A DNA stretch of 64,000 nucleotides from an uncultured delta proteobacterium (GTDB taxonomy: Bacteria; Desulfobacterota; Binatia; HRBIN30; BPIQ01), in contig CAVXGR010000016.1 of assembly GCA_963761335.1 (NCBI GenBank), positions 320,001-384,000 on the forward strand, written 5' to 3'. This document shows positions 17,890 to 28,444 of the stretch, in pieces. How positions within the stretch are numbered: position 1 is the stretch's first letter; each line of letters opens with the position of its first letter. The notes below the pieces were generated by a model, which searched no databases, was not told the DNA's origin, and was given only the letters and a program-made list of their open reading frames with translations. The position numbers and the translations under genes are program-made.

Positions 17890-19029
17890 TCAGAGTAGCA
17901 GCAGTCCGAGCGCCGCGAGAAGGCCCATGGCGCCGCCGAAGTAGAAGACCGCTGCGGGGCCGATTTGCTGCCAGAGCTGCCCGGCAAGTAGAGACGCAGG
18001 GAACAGGCCGACGCCGACGAGAGTGGCGTGCAGCCCCATCCCGGTAGCGCGCAACGACGCCGGTGTGAGGTCGGCTACCAGGGCCTTCTCGACTCCATCC
18101 GTGAGGCCCATGTACAGGCCGTAGACCCCGAACAGGGCCCACAGCAGGATGCCGTGTGGCGGTTGCAACAGGGCAAATCCGAGGTACACCGCGCCGTAGA
18201 ACAAGTAGCCGCTGACCAACAGGGTCTTGCGGCCGATGTGGTCCGAGAGCCAGCCGGCGGGGTATGAGGCCAGAGCGTAGACGGCGTTGAAGACCAGGTA
18301 GAGCAGGATCACCTTCGCCGGCGTGTAGCCGAGATCCTCGGCGCGCAGCAGCAGGAAGGTGTTCGATGAGTTGCCGAGGGTGAACAGGAAGACGACGACC
18401 AGGAACCAGCGCAACCGCCGCGGCAGGGTGCTCCAGCGAAGCGACGGCTGTACGGCGGCGGCCGAAGGCGCATGTGCCTTGGGCTCGCGCACCAAGAAGA
18501 GCAGCGCCACTGCGATTCCCGCCGGCACGAGCGAGCAGACAAAGACGAGCGCGTAGTCGCCGGTGTAGCGGGTGAAGAAGAGGTAGCCGAGCGTCACCCC
18601 GATCACGGCGCCAAAGCTGTCGAGGGCGCGGTGCAGGCCGAAGGCCCGGCCATGGCGTCCGTCGCCGGTGCTGTCTGCCAGCAGCGCGTCGCGCGGGGCG
18701 GTGCGGATGCCCTTGCCGACGCGGTCGACGACCCGGGCTCCCAGCACCATGCCCCATCCGGCCGCCAGTACGAGCAGAAGCTTGCCGATCGCCGAGCATG
18801 CATAGCCGGCGATGGTGAGCTTCTTGCGTTCCTGGAGGTGATCAGAGAGACGGCCGGAGAACACCTTCAGCAGGCTCGCCACGCTCTCCGCCAGGCCCTC
18901 GATCACACCGAGCACGGCCGGGCTCGCCCCCAGGCGCACCGTCAGAAAAAAGGGAACGAGCGGGTACACCATCTCGCTGGCGATGTCAGTGAGCAGCGAG
19001 GTGAGGCCGAGCAGAATGATGTTGAACAT
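17890..19029 (-). CDS. MFS transporter
   Basis: LLTDIASEMVYPLVP, GRLSD, DRVGKGIRTAPRDALLADS, GRAFGLHRALDS; multiple TM helices. Confidence 0.92.
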   Translation of the reverse strand: MFNIILLGLTSLLTDIASEMVYPLVPFFLTVRLGASPAVLGVIEGLAESVASLLKVFSGRLSDHLQERKKLTIAGYACSAIGKLLLVLAAGWGMVLGARVVDRVGKGIRTAPRDALLADSTGDGRHGRAFGLHRALDSFGAVIGVTLGYLFFTRYTGDYALVFVCSLVPAGIAVALLFLVREPKAHAPSAAAVQPSLRWSTLPRRLRWFLVVVFLFTLGNSSNTFLLLRAEDLGYTPAKVILLYLVFNAVYALASYPAGWLSDHIGRKTLLVSGYLFYGAVYLGFALLQPPHGILLWALFGVYGLYMGLTDGVEKALVADLTPASLRATGMGLHATLVGVGLFPASLLAGQLWQQIGPAAVFYFGGAMGLLAALGLLLL

Positions 19030-19236
19030 GGTGGAGGTCCGACGCGGATAGTCTGCATTGGCGCCGGATTCAACGCGACCGCCGAGCCGGTGCTCGAGGC
19101 ATCATCGCCGGAAGATGTCAGCGATGCAGTAATCCGGTACGGCAGAGCCCCCGGAACATCCCACTGGCCACACTTCTCCGACGGCGCCGACGGCTGTGGC
19201 GCTGGATCCTCGGCGAGAGTGCGAAGCTCGCCAGCT

Positions 19237-22200
19237 TCAGTCCACCGGGGGAATAATAATGGGCGTGCGCGTTGGAGTCCTCGTCGGCGTTCGCGTCGGC
19301 GTGGGGTTCTCGTAGTTGCCGAACTCCAGGTCCGCGGCTTGACCACATTCGATGAAGACGTGGTGGATCCCGGTGGGCGGGAAGGTCTGCGTCCACCCGG
19401 ACTGTAGAACTTCGGAGACGGTGTACATCATCTGCCCCGGCAGGTTGGTGCACCCCTGGATACCGGTGATGAGCGTGGCGAGCGGATTGGCACCGGCGTC
19501 GGTGACCTGAACCAACCAGCCGGCGATGTCCGGCTCGCCGATGTCGTGGAAGCCATTGTGGTTCTGGTCGATGAACTTGATGGCGCAGATCTCGCCCATG
19601 CAGATGGTCGCCGTAGGCGACACGGTGCGGGTCCGGGTCTGAGTAGACGGCGGGGAGGGGGTGCGCGTATGGGTCACCGTGCCCGTTGGCGTGCGCGTGG
19701 CGGTTGCGATCGTCGTCTGTGTGCGCGTTGCCGTCGGGGTGGGAGAGGGGGGCGCCGAGACCGTCGGTGGCGGAGATACGTCCTTGCACTTGCCGCGGCT
19801 CGAGGCGGCGATCGAATCGATCTCCGCTTCGGAGAGCACGGCGTTGAAGACCTCCAGCTCGTTGATCTCGATCTCGCCATGGATGTCTATCTGGTTCGGG
19901 AACAGTCTCGTGCCGCCGATCCAGAGGGGCGTGTTGGCGCTGTCCGCGGCCGGAGCGACAGCGACGAAATCTCCGACCGGGTTTCCCGGGGAGATCAAAT
20001 GGCTCCCGTTCAAGTAGAAGGTGCCCGCGTTCCCGGCGCCGCGGTTGACGGTCACGGCGACATGGATCCAGTCCGGCCACGGCGTGCTCAACGAGGACGG
20101 CACGGTGAACTTGGCCGTATAGATGGCGTTGCTCGCGTACGGGAAGGTGCTGATGCCGTCGCCGAGCGCGAACACCAGGTACATCTGGATGTCCTGCATC
20201 GTCCCCAGCGGTGGTGCCTGCGGAGCGGGGGGACAGGTGGCACAGGTGGCGGTGATCAGTAGGTACAACGCGTATCCGGTGTCGTTGGCGCCGAGCTTGT
20301 CGAGGATCGGTTCCACGACGCTGATGGTGTTGGGAAGAACCGGATGGACCTCGGTGGGCCTGATCCACGCGTCGATGGTCAGATCGGAGTTCGCCAGGTC
20401 GAGGTCCGGGCTCGGAGTGGGCACTTCCACATAGGTGCTCGGGACCGGGAAGAGCAGCGCGCCGTCGGGCGGCGTCGTCGCCAGGTTGCCCGGCACGCTG
20501 ATCGGACCGGCGGACGCAGGCGCGCTGATCGGGCCGGGTTGCGGGACGCCGTTGTTTGCCGGCGGCAGACCGATGTCATGTACGATCGTTGCACCCGCCG
20601 CTTCATCTAGGGGCCACCACGCCACCATGTGTGCGTATTCGGGCGGCGTGATGCACGGGGCCACTGTCGCCGTGGGAGTTGGCGTCGGCGTGGGCGTGCG
20701 CGTCGGCGTCGGTATGGTGTTGGTTCTCGTCGGCGTCAAGGTGACGGTCGGTGTTGGAATGATGTTGGTGAAGATGCACTGCAGAGCGACACCCCCGAGC
20801 GAGCTGAAGTAATACAGCACCGTGGTGTCGCCGGGCTCGAAGCCGTTGGTCGGGTTGACGCTCGCCCCGAGAATCGTGAAGGTTCCGGAGCCACTCAGGA
20901 AGCTGCAGGCGATGTTGGACAGCGTCGTGTCGGGTGGGAGGATCTCGTACACGTCGAAGATCGGGCCGCAAGGCACCGGCTTGGTGATGCACTGGCCGTC
21001 GTTCAGGGTCACGCCCTGAAAGATGGCGCCGGCGCTGAAGTTGAAGGCCGTTCCGCCGTTGGGGATGGTTTGCTTGCACACCGTCATCGAGCAGGGGGCC
21101 GGGGTCCCGGTCTGCGTGGCGGTGCCGGCCGGCGTCGGCGTGCTCGATACCGTCGGGGTGGGCGTCCGCGTTGGCGAGGTGCTCGGCGGAGGCGTCGGAC
21201 AATCGCAGATGCTGACCGCCAAGCTGACGTAATCGACGCTGGTGTCGTCCTGTACGTAGATGTCCAGAGATCGGCGCAAGTCGAGATCCGCAATCAGGTT
21301 CATTCCACCGGGCAGGCTCGCCAGGTTCAAAACGAACGTCGCCCCGTGCGGCAGGGGAAAGTTGCTCGGCGTCCATTGAGCGCCCAGCAACGCCGGCAAC
21401 CCGGAATTGCCGCTGCCAAAGTAGGCCGCCCAGTGAGCCCCGACGAACTGGCCGGCGGGGCTCACGAAACCCAGCTGCACAGAGTCGTTGCGACTGCCGG
21501 GCGCCGGGTTGGTGGAGATCGGGCGGGCGCGGAAAACCAGCTGCGCCTGCTGAACGCATTTCCCCTGTGGGAGGACAAAGGTGTGCCCGAAGCGCCGATC
21601 GATTGCTCCGCCGTCGAAGATGACGGGAGAGGGCGGTTGGATGATGCTGAGCAACCCTGGACTGGGGGACGCCAGCTCGGTGCCGCTGGCGGTGCTGAAG
21701 CTGTCCGGCACTCCCGCGTGCAAGAAGCTGGGCGGGCACGGGCGTCTGTCGGCCGCCAACGCGATCGGCTCGTCCTCGGCATTCTCCAGCAACAGGATCA
21801 CGATGCTGCCGAGCTGCCCCGGATCGGATGGCAGGTGCTCGTAGCAGAAGCAGTCCCCCCTCGGGCTCTGCACGCAGGTGCCCTTGCAGGTGGCGATGCA
21901 GTCGTCGCAATCGTCGGCGTTCTGGCGCGTGTAGATAACGATCTGCCCGAGGCGGTCGGCTGCAACGCCGTTGTCGATGAGCAGCTGCGACAACAGCGCT
22001 CTGAGCTCCCCCTCGTCTTCCGAGGCGGAGTCCTCGAGCGCGGCGACGATCGGGGCGGCTTGTGCCAGGGTCAGGACTCTCGTCGGGTAGACGAGGTGGT
22101 GGAGATCGCCCGGAAGAGCGTCGTACGTCGCCGGTCCACAGGGGGCGAAGATGTCGTGAAGCGATGCCGCGATGTCACTCTCGGTGATCTGGTTGTCCTG

Positions 22201-22431
22201 ATCGAGGTCGCCCGAGGGGCAGGTGGACACCTCGTCGTTGGCTGTGGCGATGCGGGTCAGTCGAACGATATCGGCTGCGCTCACACGGCCGTCGGCGTCG
22301 CAATCCCCCACACACTCCGGCGCCGCTTCTGCCATTTGCGCGCTGGTCGCGACCACCAACAACAGCCCGAGCTGCACGAGGCGGCGCCCCAGCGCCGACC
22401 CGACCGCGTCTGCCTTCTGGAGGCGTGTCAT
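19237..22431 (-). CDS. Large secreted multidomain protein (dockerin-like, LamG-like, SdrD B-like, Pro/Thr linkers)
   Basis: Signal-like LGLLLVVATSAQMAEA; CVGDCDADGRV..GDLDQDNQI; VAWWPLDE..LTIDAWIRP..WIHVAVT..YLNG..LWIGG..INELEVFNAVLS; KFIDQNHNGFHDIGEP; several (TP)n linkers. Confidence 0.8.
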   Translation of the reverse strand: MTRLQKADAVGSALGRRLVQLGLLLVVATSAQMAEAAPECVGDCDADGRVSAADIVRLTRIATANDEVSTCPSGDLDQDNQITESDIAASLHDIFAPCGPATYDALPGDLHHLVYPTRVLTLAQAAPIVAALEDSASEDEGELRALLSQLLIDNGVAADRLGQIVIYTRQNADDCDDCIATCKGTCVQSPRGDCFCYEHLPSDPGQLGSIVILLLENAEDEPIALAADRRPCPPSFLHAGVPDSFSTASGTELASPSPGLLSIIQPPSPVIFDGGAIDRRFGHTFVLPQGKCVQQAQLVFRARPISTNPAPGSRNDSVQLGFVSPAGQFVGAHWAAYFGSGNSGLPALLGAQWTPSNFPLPHGATFVLNLASLPGGMNLIADLDLRRSLDIYVQDDTSVDYVSLAVSICDCPTPPPSTSPTRTPTPTVSSTPTPAGTATQTGTPAPCSMTVCKQTIPNGGTAFNFSAGAIFQGVTLNDGQCITKPVPCGPIFDVYEILPPDTTLSNIACSFLSGSGTFTILGASVNPTNGFEPGDTTVLYYFSSLGGVALQCIFTNIIPTPTVTLTPTRTNTIPTPTRTPTPTPTPTATVAPCITPPEYAHMVAWWPLDEAAGATIVHDIGLPPANNGVPQPGPISAPASAGPISVPGNLATTPPDGALLFPVPSTYVEVPTPSPDLDLANSDLTIDAWIRPTEVHPVLPNTISVVEPILDKLGANDTGYALYLLITATCATCPPAPQAPPLGTMQDIQMYLVFALGDGISTFPYASNAIYTAKFTVPSSLSTPWPDWIHVAVTVNRGAGNAGTFYLNGSHLISPGNPVGDFVAVAPAADSANTPLWIGGTRLFPNQIDIHGEIEINELEVFNAVLSEAEIDSIAASSRGKCKDVSPPPTVSAPPSPTPTATRTQTTIATATRTPTGTVTHTRTPSPPSTQTRTRTVSPTATICMGEICAIKFIDQNHNGFHDIGEPDIAGWLVQVTDAGANPLATLITGIQGCTNLPGQMMYTVSEVLQSGWTQTFPPTGIHHVFIECGQAADLEFGNYENPTPTRTPTRTPTRTPIIIPPVD

Positions 22432-22744
22432 CGTTGCCGAAGCAAATCGGCTCGGATGGCCCGCTTGCTTGCCGAGAGGAGGTTCTCGAAACCTGCGCGT
22501 CTCGAGCCGAGCCCTGTCGCGCCGCGTCCTTTGCGCAACAGTGGCCGTCCCGGCGCCATCACTGGAGGCATCCTTTTTCCCCTTTAGCGTGTCTATACCG
22601 CACACGATCTAGCCCTGTCGAGACAAAACGACCGGCCACAACGACCGGCCCGTGGCGGACGTGGTGCGGACCCGGGGCATTGCTCTACTCGTGGTGCGAT
22701 CTCCGCTCTGTCGGCGGCCCCAGCCTGCGTGCTAGACGAGTGCG

Positions 22745-23665
22745 ATGGCCGATGCAGACTTCACCGTCCACCAGGCGCGTGTGCGCGACCGGCTCTCGCT
22801 CGCCTACGTCCGCGAAGGAGCGGGGGGATATCCCCTGCTGCTGATTCACGGCTGGCCGGAAACCAAGCGCATCTGGTGGCGCAATGTGGCGCCGCTGGCG
22901 GCGGCGGGGTTCGAGGTCATCGTTCCCGACCTGCGCGGCTTCGGCGACTCGGATCTGGCGCCCGATGGCCACTACGACCTGGCCACGCATTCGCGCGACC
23001 TCCACGCCCTGGTCCACGACGTGCTCGGCCAAGCGCGCTGTGCCGTCGTCGCCGGCGACCTCGGCGGCGCGGTCGCCCCCGATCTGGCGTTGCGGTTCCC
23101 CGGGTTCGTCGAGCGCCTGTGCCTCTTCAACACGGTCGTGCCCTTTCTCCCCGAGGACTACGCCGCCGCCGGGATCTCCTCCGATCTGCCGCGCCAGTCG
23201 CGGCCGGCCGCCGACTATTTCCTGCGCCAGTCGACGGATGCGGACGGCCTCGCGTCCGAGCTCGATACGGCGGCCCGGCGGGTGGGCTACGTCTCCGAGT
23301 TCTACGGGCACCGTTTCTGGGCCGCGGCCGGCACCTTCGACGCCGCGGCGGTGCGCTTCATGAGTGAGCCGTTTGCCGACGCCCAGCGTTTCCGCGCCAG
23401 CATCGCCAACTACGAGTACGCTGCCGGACGCCGCGCCGCGGCGGAGCCGCCGCGCTTTTTCGAGAAGGTGCCGACGCCGGCGCTGATCCTCTACGGACCT
23501 GAAGACCACGTGGTGCCGCGCGACTTCCCGCAGCGCGCCGCCGTCGCCTATCCGGAGCACGTGGGGCCGTTCGTGGTGCCGGGCGCGGGCCACTTTCTCC
23601 AGTGGGAAGCGGCGCCGCTGCTCAATCAGGCACTGATCTATTTCCTCGCGGACCGGCGCAGGTGA
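22745..23665 (+). CDS. Alpha/beta hydrolase (epoxide hydrolase/dehalogenase-like)
   Basis: LLLIHGWPE, VPDLRGFGDS, nucleophile elbow AGDLGG, YGPEDHV, GAGHFLQWEAA. Confidence 0.9.
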   Translation: MADADFTVHQARVRDRLSLAYVREGAGGYPLLLIHGWPETKRIWWRNVAPLAAAGFEVIVPDLRGFGDSDLAPDGHYDLATHSRDLHALVHDVLGQARCAVVAGDLGGAVAPDLALRFPGFVERLCLFNTVVPFLPEDYAAAGISSDLPRQSRPAADYFLRQSTDADGLASELDTAARRVGYVSEFYGHRFWAAAGTFDAAAVRFMSEPFADAQRFRASIANYEYAAGRRAAAEPPRFFEKVPTPALILYGPEDHVVPRDFPQRAAVAYPEHVGPFVVPGAGHFLQWEAAPLLNQALIYFLADRRR

Positions 23666-23710
23666 GTGCGCCGCCCGGGTCGCTCACGCGGCGCTCGTCT
23701 CCTGCGGCCT

Positions 23711-24733
<1,023 letters not shown>

Positions 24734-24752
24734 TCATCATCCCCTTCAGTTC

Positions 24753-24828
24753 CAATGCCGGTTAGATAAGCTCGGGAGCCCCTTCGGGGCGAGCTCCTCC
24801 TCCCATTACTCTTAACTAACCGGCATTG
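24753..24828. mobile_element. 76-bp MITE-like element with 18-bp terminal inverted repeats
   Basis: Left CAATGCCGGTTAGATAAG vs right (revcomp) CAATGCCGGTTAGTTAAG, 17/18 identical; internal gccc-cttcg-gggc hairpin; no clear target duplication. Confidence 0.7.
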
Positions 24829-24831
24829 GGG

Positions 24832-25836
24832 CTAGGTCCGACGGCGGGATGGACCTCTCTCGCCTGGGCCCTTGGATCCCGGCGCGAAGGGAGCAGCAGC
24901 AATTCGCGTCAGCTCAGCCTCGGCTGCTTGCAGGCTGTCGAATACCAGGCCCCGGTTGGACTTGGCGGCAGCGGCCACCTTGGCGGCGTCAGCGCCACCG
25001 AGCCACAGCTCGCACTCCCTGGGGAGCCCCCCTTGAATCGCCGCAAGCTCGTCGATCGCGCGGCTGCGGTTCTCGCTGGCGACGAGGCTCAGGCCGACGA
25101 CGCACGCTTCGCTGCGCGCCGCCGCGGTCAGGATGTCGGCGGCCGGCAGGTCGACACCAAGATAGAGAACGTTGATCCCCGCATCCCGTGCCAGCAGGGC
25201 GAACAGCAACAGGCCGATCTCATGCCGCTCTCCGGCCAGCGTTGCCAGCACGATCGGGCGGCCCAGCGCGCTGCGGCCGAGCATCAAGCCGGCGAGCAGG
25301 TTGCGCAGGATCCCGGTCGACAGGTGCTCCTCGGCAATCGAGAGCGTGCCCTCAGCCCAGTGTGCGCCGACTCGGTGAACCAGCGGCAGCGCAATTTCGT
25401 GCACGAAGCCGCGGACGCCCAGGCCGACGACGGCGTCTCCCAGCAGACGGGTCGCTGCCTCATCGTCGAAATGCTCCAATCGCTCCAGGATGCGAGTGAT
25501 GGAGTCTGCGGCGGGCGAGGGTGTGCGGGCGCTCTCGGGTACCTGGCTGCCCGGGGGGTGCTGCGCCGCGAGCCTCTCCAGCTCGACCGGGCTCAATGCG
25601 GCGACGTCTCCGATCGCTCGGCCCGCCCGCACCACCCGTGACAGCAAGCGCAGGTGCGCGATGTCTGCCGAGGAGTACAGGCGGGCGCCGCGCGCACCGC
25701 GGATCGGGGCCACCACCGCGTGGCGCTTCTCCCAGGCGCGAATGAGGTCCGGCGTGAGGCCAGTCATTGCTGCCACGGTTCGCAGGGGGAAGGCCTCGTG
25801 AGCCGCGACTCTGCGTCTTTGTTCGGTGGCCTTCAT
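24832..25836 (-). CDS. carH: MerR-family B12-binding photoreceptor/regulator (CarH/LitR-like)
   Basis: MerR HTH (VAAMTGLTPDLIRAWEKR..GARLYS), W-x9-EH motif (WAEGTLSIAEEH), B12 motif GERHEIG, VLYLGVDLP, VVGLS. Confidence 0.88.
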   Translation of the reverse strand: MKATEQRRRVAAHEAFPLRTVAAMTGLTPDLIRAWEKRHAVVAPIRGARGARLYSSADIAHLRLLSRVVRAGRAIGDVAALSPVELERLAAQHPPGSQVPESARTPSPAADSITRILERLEHFDDEAATRLLGDAVVGLGVRGFVHEIALPLVHRVGAHWAEGTLSIAEEHLSTGILRNLLAGLMLGRSALGRPIVLATLAGERHEIGLLLFALLARDAGINVLYLGVDLPAADILTAAARSEACVVGLSLVASENRSRAIDELAAIQGGLPRECELWLGGADAAKVAAAAKSNRGLVFDSLQAAEAELTRIAAAPFAPGSKGPGERGPSRRRT

Positions 25837-25862
25837 GTCAGCTCTTTTCACTCCGCTCCCTT

Positions 25863-26885
25863 TCAGGTATGCGCGGCGACCCACGCATCGACTCGCTCCC
25901 ACTGCGTATCGAGCCACTCGCTGCGGCCCTCCGCAGTTCTTGGAATCTCCGCGCTTGGCACCCGCCAGAAGCACAAGCGAACGGTGCGGCCGATCAGCTT
26001 CCCTCTCCAGATGTCGTTCAGATCTGCGGTGCCTTCGAAGCCGACGTGCGCCAGGAATGCGACATCGATGTCCGGGCGGGTCTCGAGCAGCGCCAGTGCG
26101 CCACCGCGCCGGGGCGGCAGGACATGATGGAGGCGTTGCGCGCGCCGGAGCTGCTCCGGCTGCCGGGTGGCGGCGAGGCGCGCCAGGGCGCGCTCGCGCT
26201 TCGCCGGGGTGAAGCGCGTGCCTTCGGGAAACAACAAGACGCCGTCGCGCTCTCCGACGGAGATGGCGAGCTGGCGGAGCAACGCCAGCTCTTTCTCGCG
26301 CTCGCCCGATCCGCGGCGCACGAAAGTGTTGCGGGTTCGTTGCCCGACGATGTCGAGACACGGGTCCCAGAGCAGCTCGCGCTTCATCACGTGTCCCAAG
26401 CGCAGCGTGTACGGGTGCGATGCGAACACGGCGGGCAACAACGTGTCGAGGGTGCTCGCATGGCGGCCGAACAGAAAAAGCGGCCCGCGGCGCACCTCCT
26501 GCTCGCCGGTCACCTCCACTCGCATGCCGAAAAGGCGGGTGGCGCCGGCGAAGAGTGTCAGCGCCCAGGCGCGTTGCAGGACGAGATTCCAGGTCACCAC
26601 GCGATCGACGGTGGCGCCGGGCCACAGGCCGCTGGCCACCCACAGCCCAGCGCTGGCGACGATGCCGACCGCCTCGCAAACGAAATAGAGCGTGAGCCCC
26701 AGCGCACAGCGCACGCTGACGAGGTGGCCGGTCCGGCGGAACGCATCGGTGGCCAGCGCCAGGAGTATGGTCAACGGCAGCAGCGCAAGGCTCAGAGCTC
26801 CCAGGCCCAGGTAGATCGGGACAGTCACGGCACGGCGACACCAACGCGCCCGGAAGCTTTCCTCGAGGGCCGGCGGCGAGCTCAT
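25863..26885 (-). CDS. Lysophospholipid/PlsC-family acyltransferase
   Basis: HASTLD (HxxxxD), VMKRELLWDP, FVRR, LLFPEGTR; N-terminal TM helices. Confidence 0.88.
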   Translation of the reverse strand: MSSPPALEESFRARWCRRAVTVPIYLGLGALSLALLPLTILLALATDAFRRTGHLVSVRCALGLTLYFVCEAVGIVASAGLWVASGLWPGATVDRVVTWNLVLQRAWALTLFAGATRLFGMRVEVTGEQEVRRGPLFLFGRHASTLDTLLPAVFASHPYTLRLGHVMKRELLWDPCLDIVGQRTRNTFVRRGSGEREKELALLRQLAISVGERDGVLLFPEGTRFTPAKRERALARLAATRQPEQLRRAQRLHHVLPPRRGGALALLETRPDIDVAFLAHVGFEGTADLNDIWRGKLIGRTVRLCFWRVPSAEIPRTAEGRSEWLDTQWERVDAWVAAHT

Positions 26886-26890
26886 GCCGG

Positions 26891-27478
26891 TCAACCGTGG
26901 CTCGGGAGCGCGCGGCGCGGCGGGCCGCCACGCGATGCGCTTGCGGGCTCCCAGCGTTGCGGCACCTTGCGAATCTGAGAGGTGTCGTAACCCTCGCGGG
27001 CCAACAGCTCGAGGATGTGCTGGTAGTCCGTTTCCGGGATCGCCGGCTGGCGGGCCATGATCCACACGTAGTCGCGCTTCTCTCGTCCGATCACCGTCTG
27101 CGTGTAGCCGCTGTCCAGATACACGATGCGAAAGTCACCCTTGAACGGCCAGATGAATTGCATGCCCCAGACGGCATTGCTCTGCCTGTCGAGCACGAAG
27201 CCGCGCGGCTGATAGCGCTTCAGCTCTCCGTCGAAGTCGCCCCGACGGAATGTGAAGGTGGTGGTGATCGTGCCGTCGTCGCTGAGTCGGTACGATTCGA
27301 CCGCGTTGTACGCATCCCTTTCGACGAAGGTGGGGATGTTGGCAATCACATACCAGTCGCCCATGAATCGCGTCAGGTCGACATGGGGCATCGTGTGGAT
27401 GGGCGGGCGTCGCGCCGCCGCGCAGCCGGCGAGGAGGAGGCCGCTCAGCAATACCCAGATGTGGAAGTTCTGCTTCAT
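26891..27478 (-). CDS. blc: Bacterial lipocalin (lipoprotein)
   Basis: Lipobox LLLAGC; VDLTRFMGDWYVIA (GxW); WGMQFIWPF; REKRDYVWIMARQP. Confidence 0.9.
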   Translation of the reverse strand: MKQNFHIWVLLSGLLLAGCAAARRPPIHTMPHVDLTRFMGDWYVIANIPTFVERDAYNAVESYRLSDDGTITTTFTFRRGDFDGELKRYQPRGFVLDRQSNAVWGMQFIWPFKGDFRIVYLDSGYTQTVIGREKRDYVWIMARQPAIPETDYQHILELLAREGYDTSQIRKVPQRWEPASASRGGPPRRALPSHG

Positions 27479-27500
27479 TTCCTCGGTCCTTCAATGGGAC

Positions 27501-28304
27501 TCACCTTCCGTGGGCCCCGTACCCGTCGGCGGGACGCTTCGCGGGACCGGGGAAGAACGCGTTGGTGCGCAACATGTACTGGCGATACGCCGGCCGCCGT
27601 TCTCCGATATCCTTCTCGAGCAACGCAACCCCCGAGACTCTCAGCAGCAGCAACGACATCAGGAGCGGTCCCGGCAAAGACCACCAGGCGCCGGCCGCCA
27701 AGGCAATGAGATATAAGCCCCACCACGTACAGCAGTCTCCGAAGTAGTTGGGGTGGCGGGTGTAGTGCCAGAGACCTCGGTCCATTACCTGATCGCGGTT
27801 GGCGGGGAGGCTCTTGAAACGGGCGAGCTGCCAGTCGGCGACCGACTCGAAGCCGAAGCCGACGGCCCAGAGTACTATTCCCGCACCGTCGAGCATCGTG
27901 ATCTCCCCCGGTGCCGCAATCGCCGCGAGCAATGGGAGAGAAATGATCCACGCGAGCGCGCCTTGCAAGCCGAAGCTCAGGTACAGGCTCTTCAGGGCAA
28001 AGTGGGGCTCGTTGTGGCGGCGAATCTTCCGGTACCGGCGGTCCTCCGCTTCGCCCCAGTTGCGCCAGGTGAGATGGCCGGCGAGGCGGAAGCCCCAGAT
28101 GCCGACGAGCGCCAGAACCAACGTCGTCCGCGGACCCGGATGCGGCACCGTCGCAGCGTAGGTTGCGGCGGCGGCGATGAAGAGCAGCGGCCACACGCTG
28201 TCGACAATGCTGACGTCGCGTTTGTACAAGCTGACGCACCAGGTGGCCAATGCCACGGCCAGAATGACCGCGAAGCCGGCCAGAAAGCTGTCGGGGTGAA
28301 ACAT
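27501..28304 (-). CDS. DUF1295 family membrane protein (steroid 5-alpha-reductase-like)
   Basis: DVSIVDSVW, WGFRLA, EDRRY, ESVADWQL, GLWHYTRHPNYFGD, RVSGVALLE, RTNAFFP. Confidence 0.9.
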   Translation of the reverse strand: MFHPDSFLAGFAVILAVALATWCVSLYKRDVSIVDSVWPLLFIAAAATYAATVPHPGPRTTLVLALVGIWGFRLAGHLTWRNWGEAEDRRYRKIRRHNEPHFALKSLYLSFGLQGALAWIISLPLLAAIAAPGEITMLDGAGIVLWAVGFGFESVADWQLARFKSLPANRDQVMDRGLWHYTRHPNYFGDCCTWWGLYLIALAAGAWWSLPGPLLMSLLLLRVSGVALLEKDIGERRPAYRQYMLRTNAFFPGPAKRPADGYGAHGR

Positions 28305-28325
28305 GCGATCTTCTCCTCAGCCGCT

Positions 28326-28402
28326 TTCATATCTCCGATGGCGATCGCTTGTCAAGTTCTGTCAGGACGCAACTTGACATGGGCGCGCCGGCCCGCTACA
28401 AG
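28326..28402. promoter_or_regulatory. Back-to-back divergent sigma70 promoters, candidate CarH operator
   Basis: Plus strand TTGACA(28374-79)-17-TACAAG; minus strand TTGACA(28355-50)-18-TATGAA; an additional TGACA core lies between them. Confidence 0.6.
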
Positions 28403-28444
28403 TCGATGCCGCAACGGTTCCAATAAGGACGGGAGAAGGAACAT

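Noticed and set aside
16535..18799. 754-aa version of the FAD oxidoreductase and similar long N-terminal extensions (24832-26931, 30598-32133, 33926-35608, 2373-3503)
   Set aside because: The extensions overlap upstream genes in another frame; better internal starts exist.
19237..21200. (TP)n-encoding DNA repeats as a separate repeat system
   Set aside because: They are ordinary Pro/Thr linker codons within the CDS.
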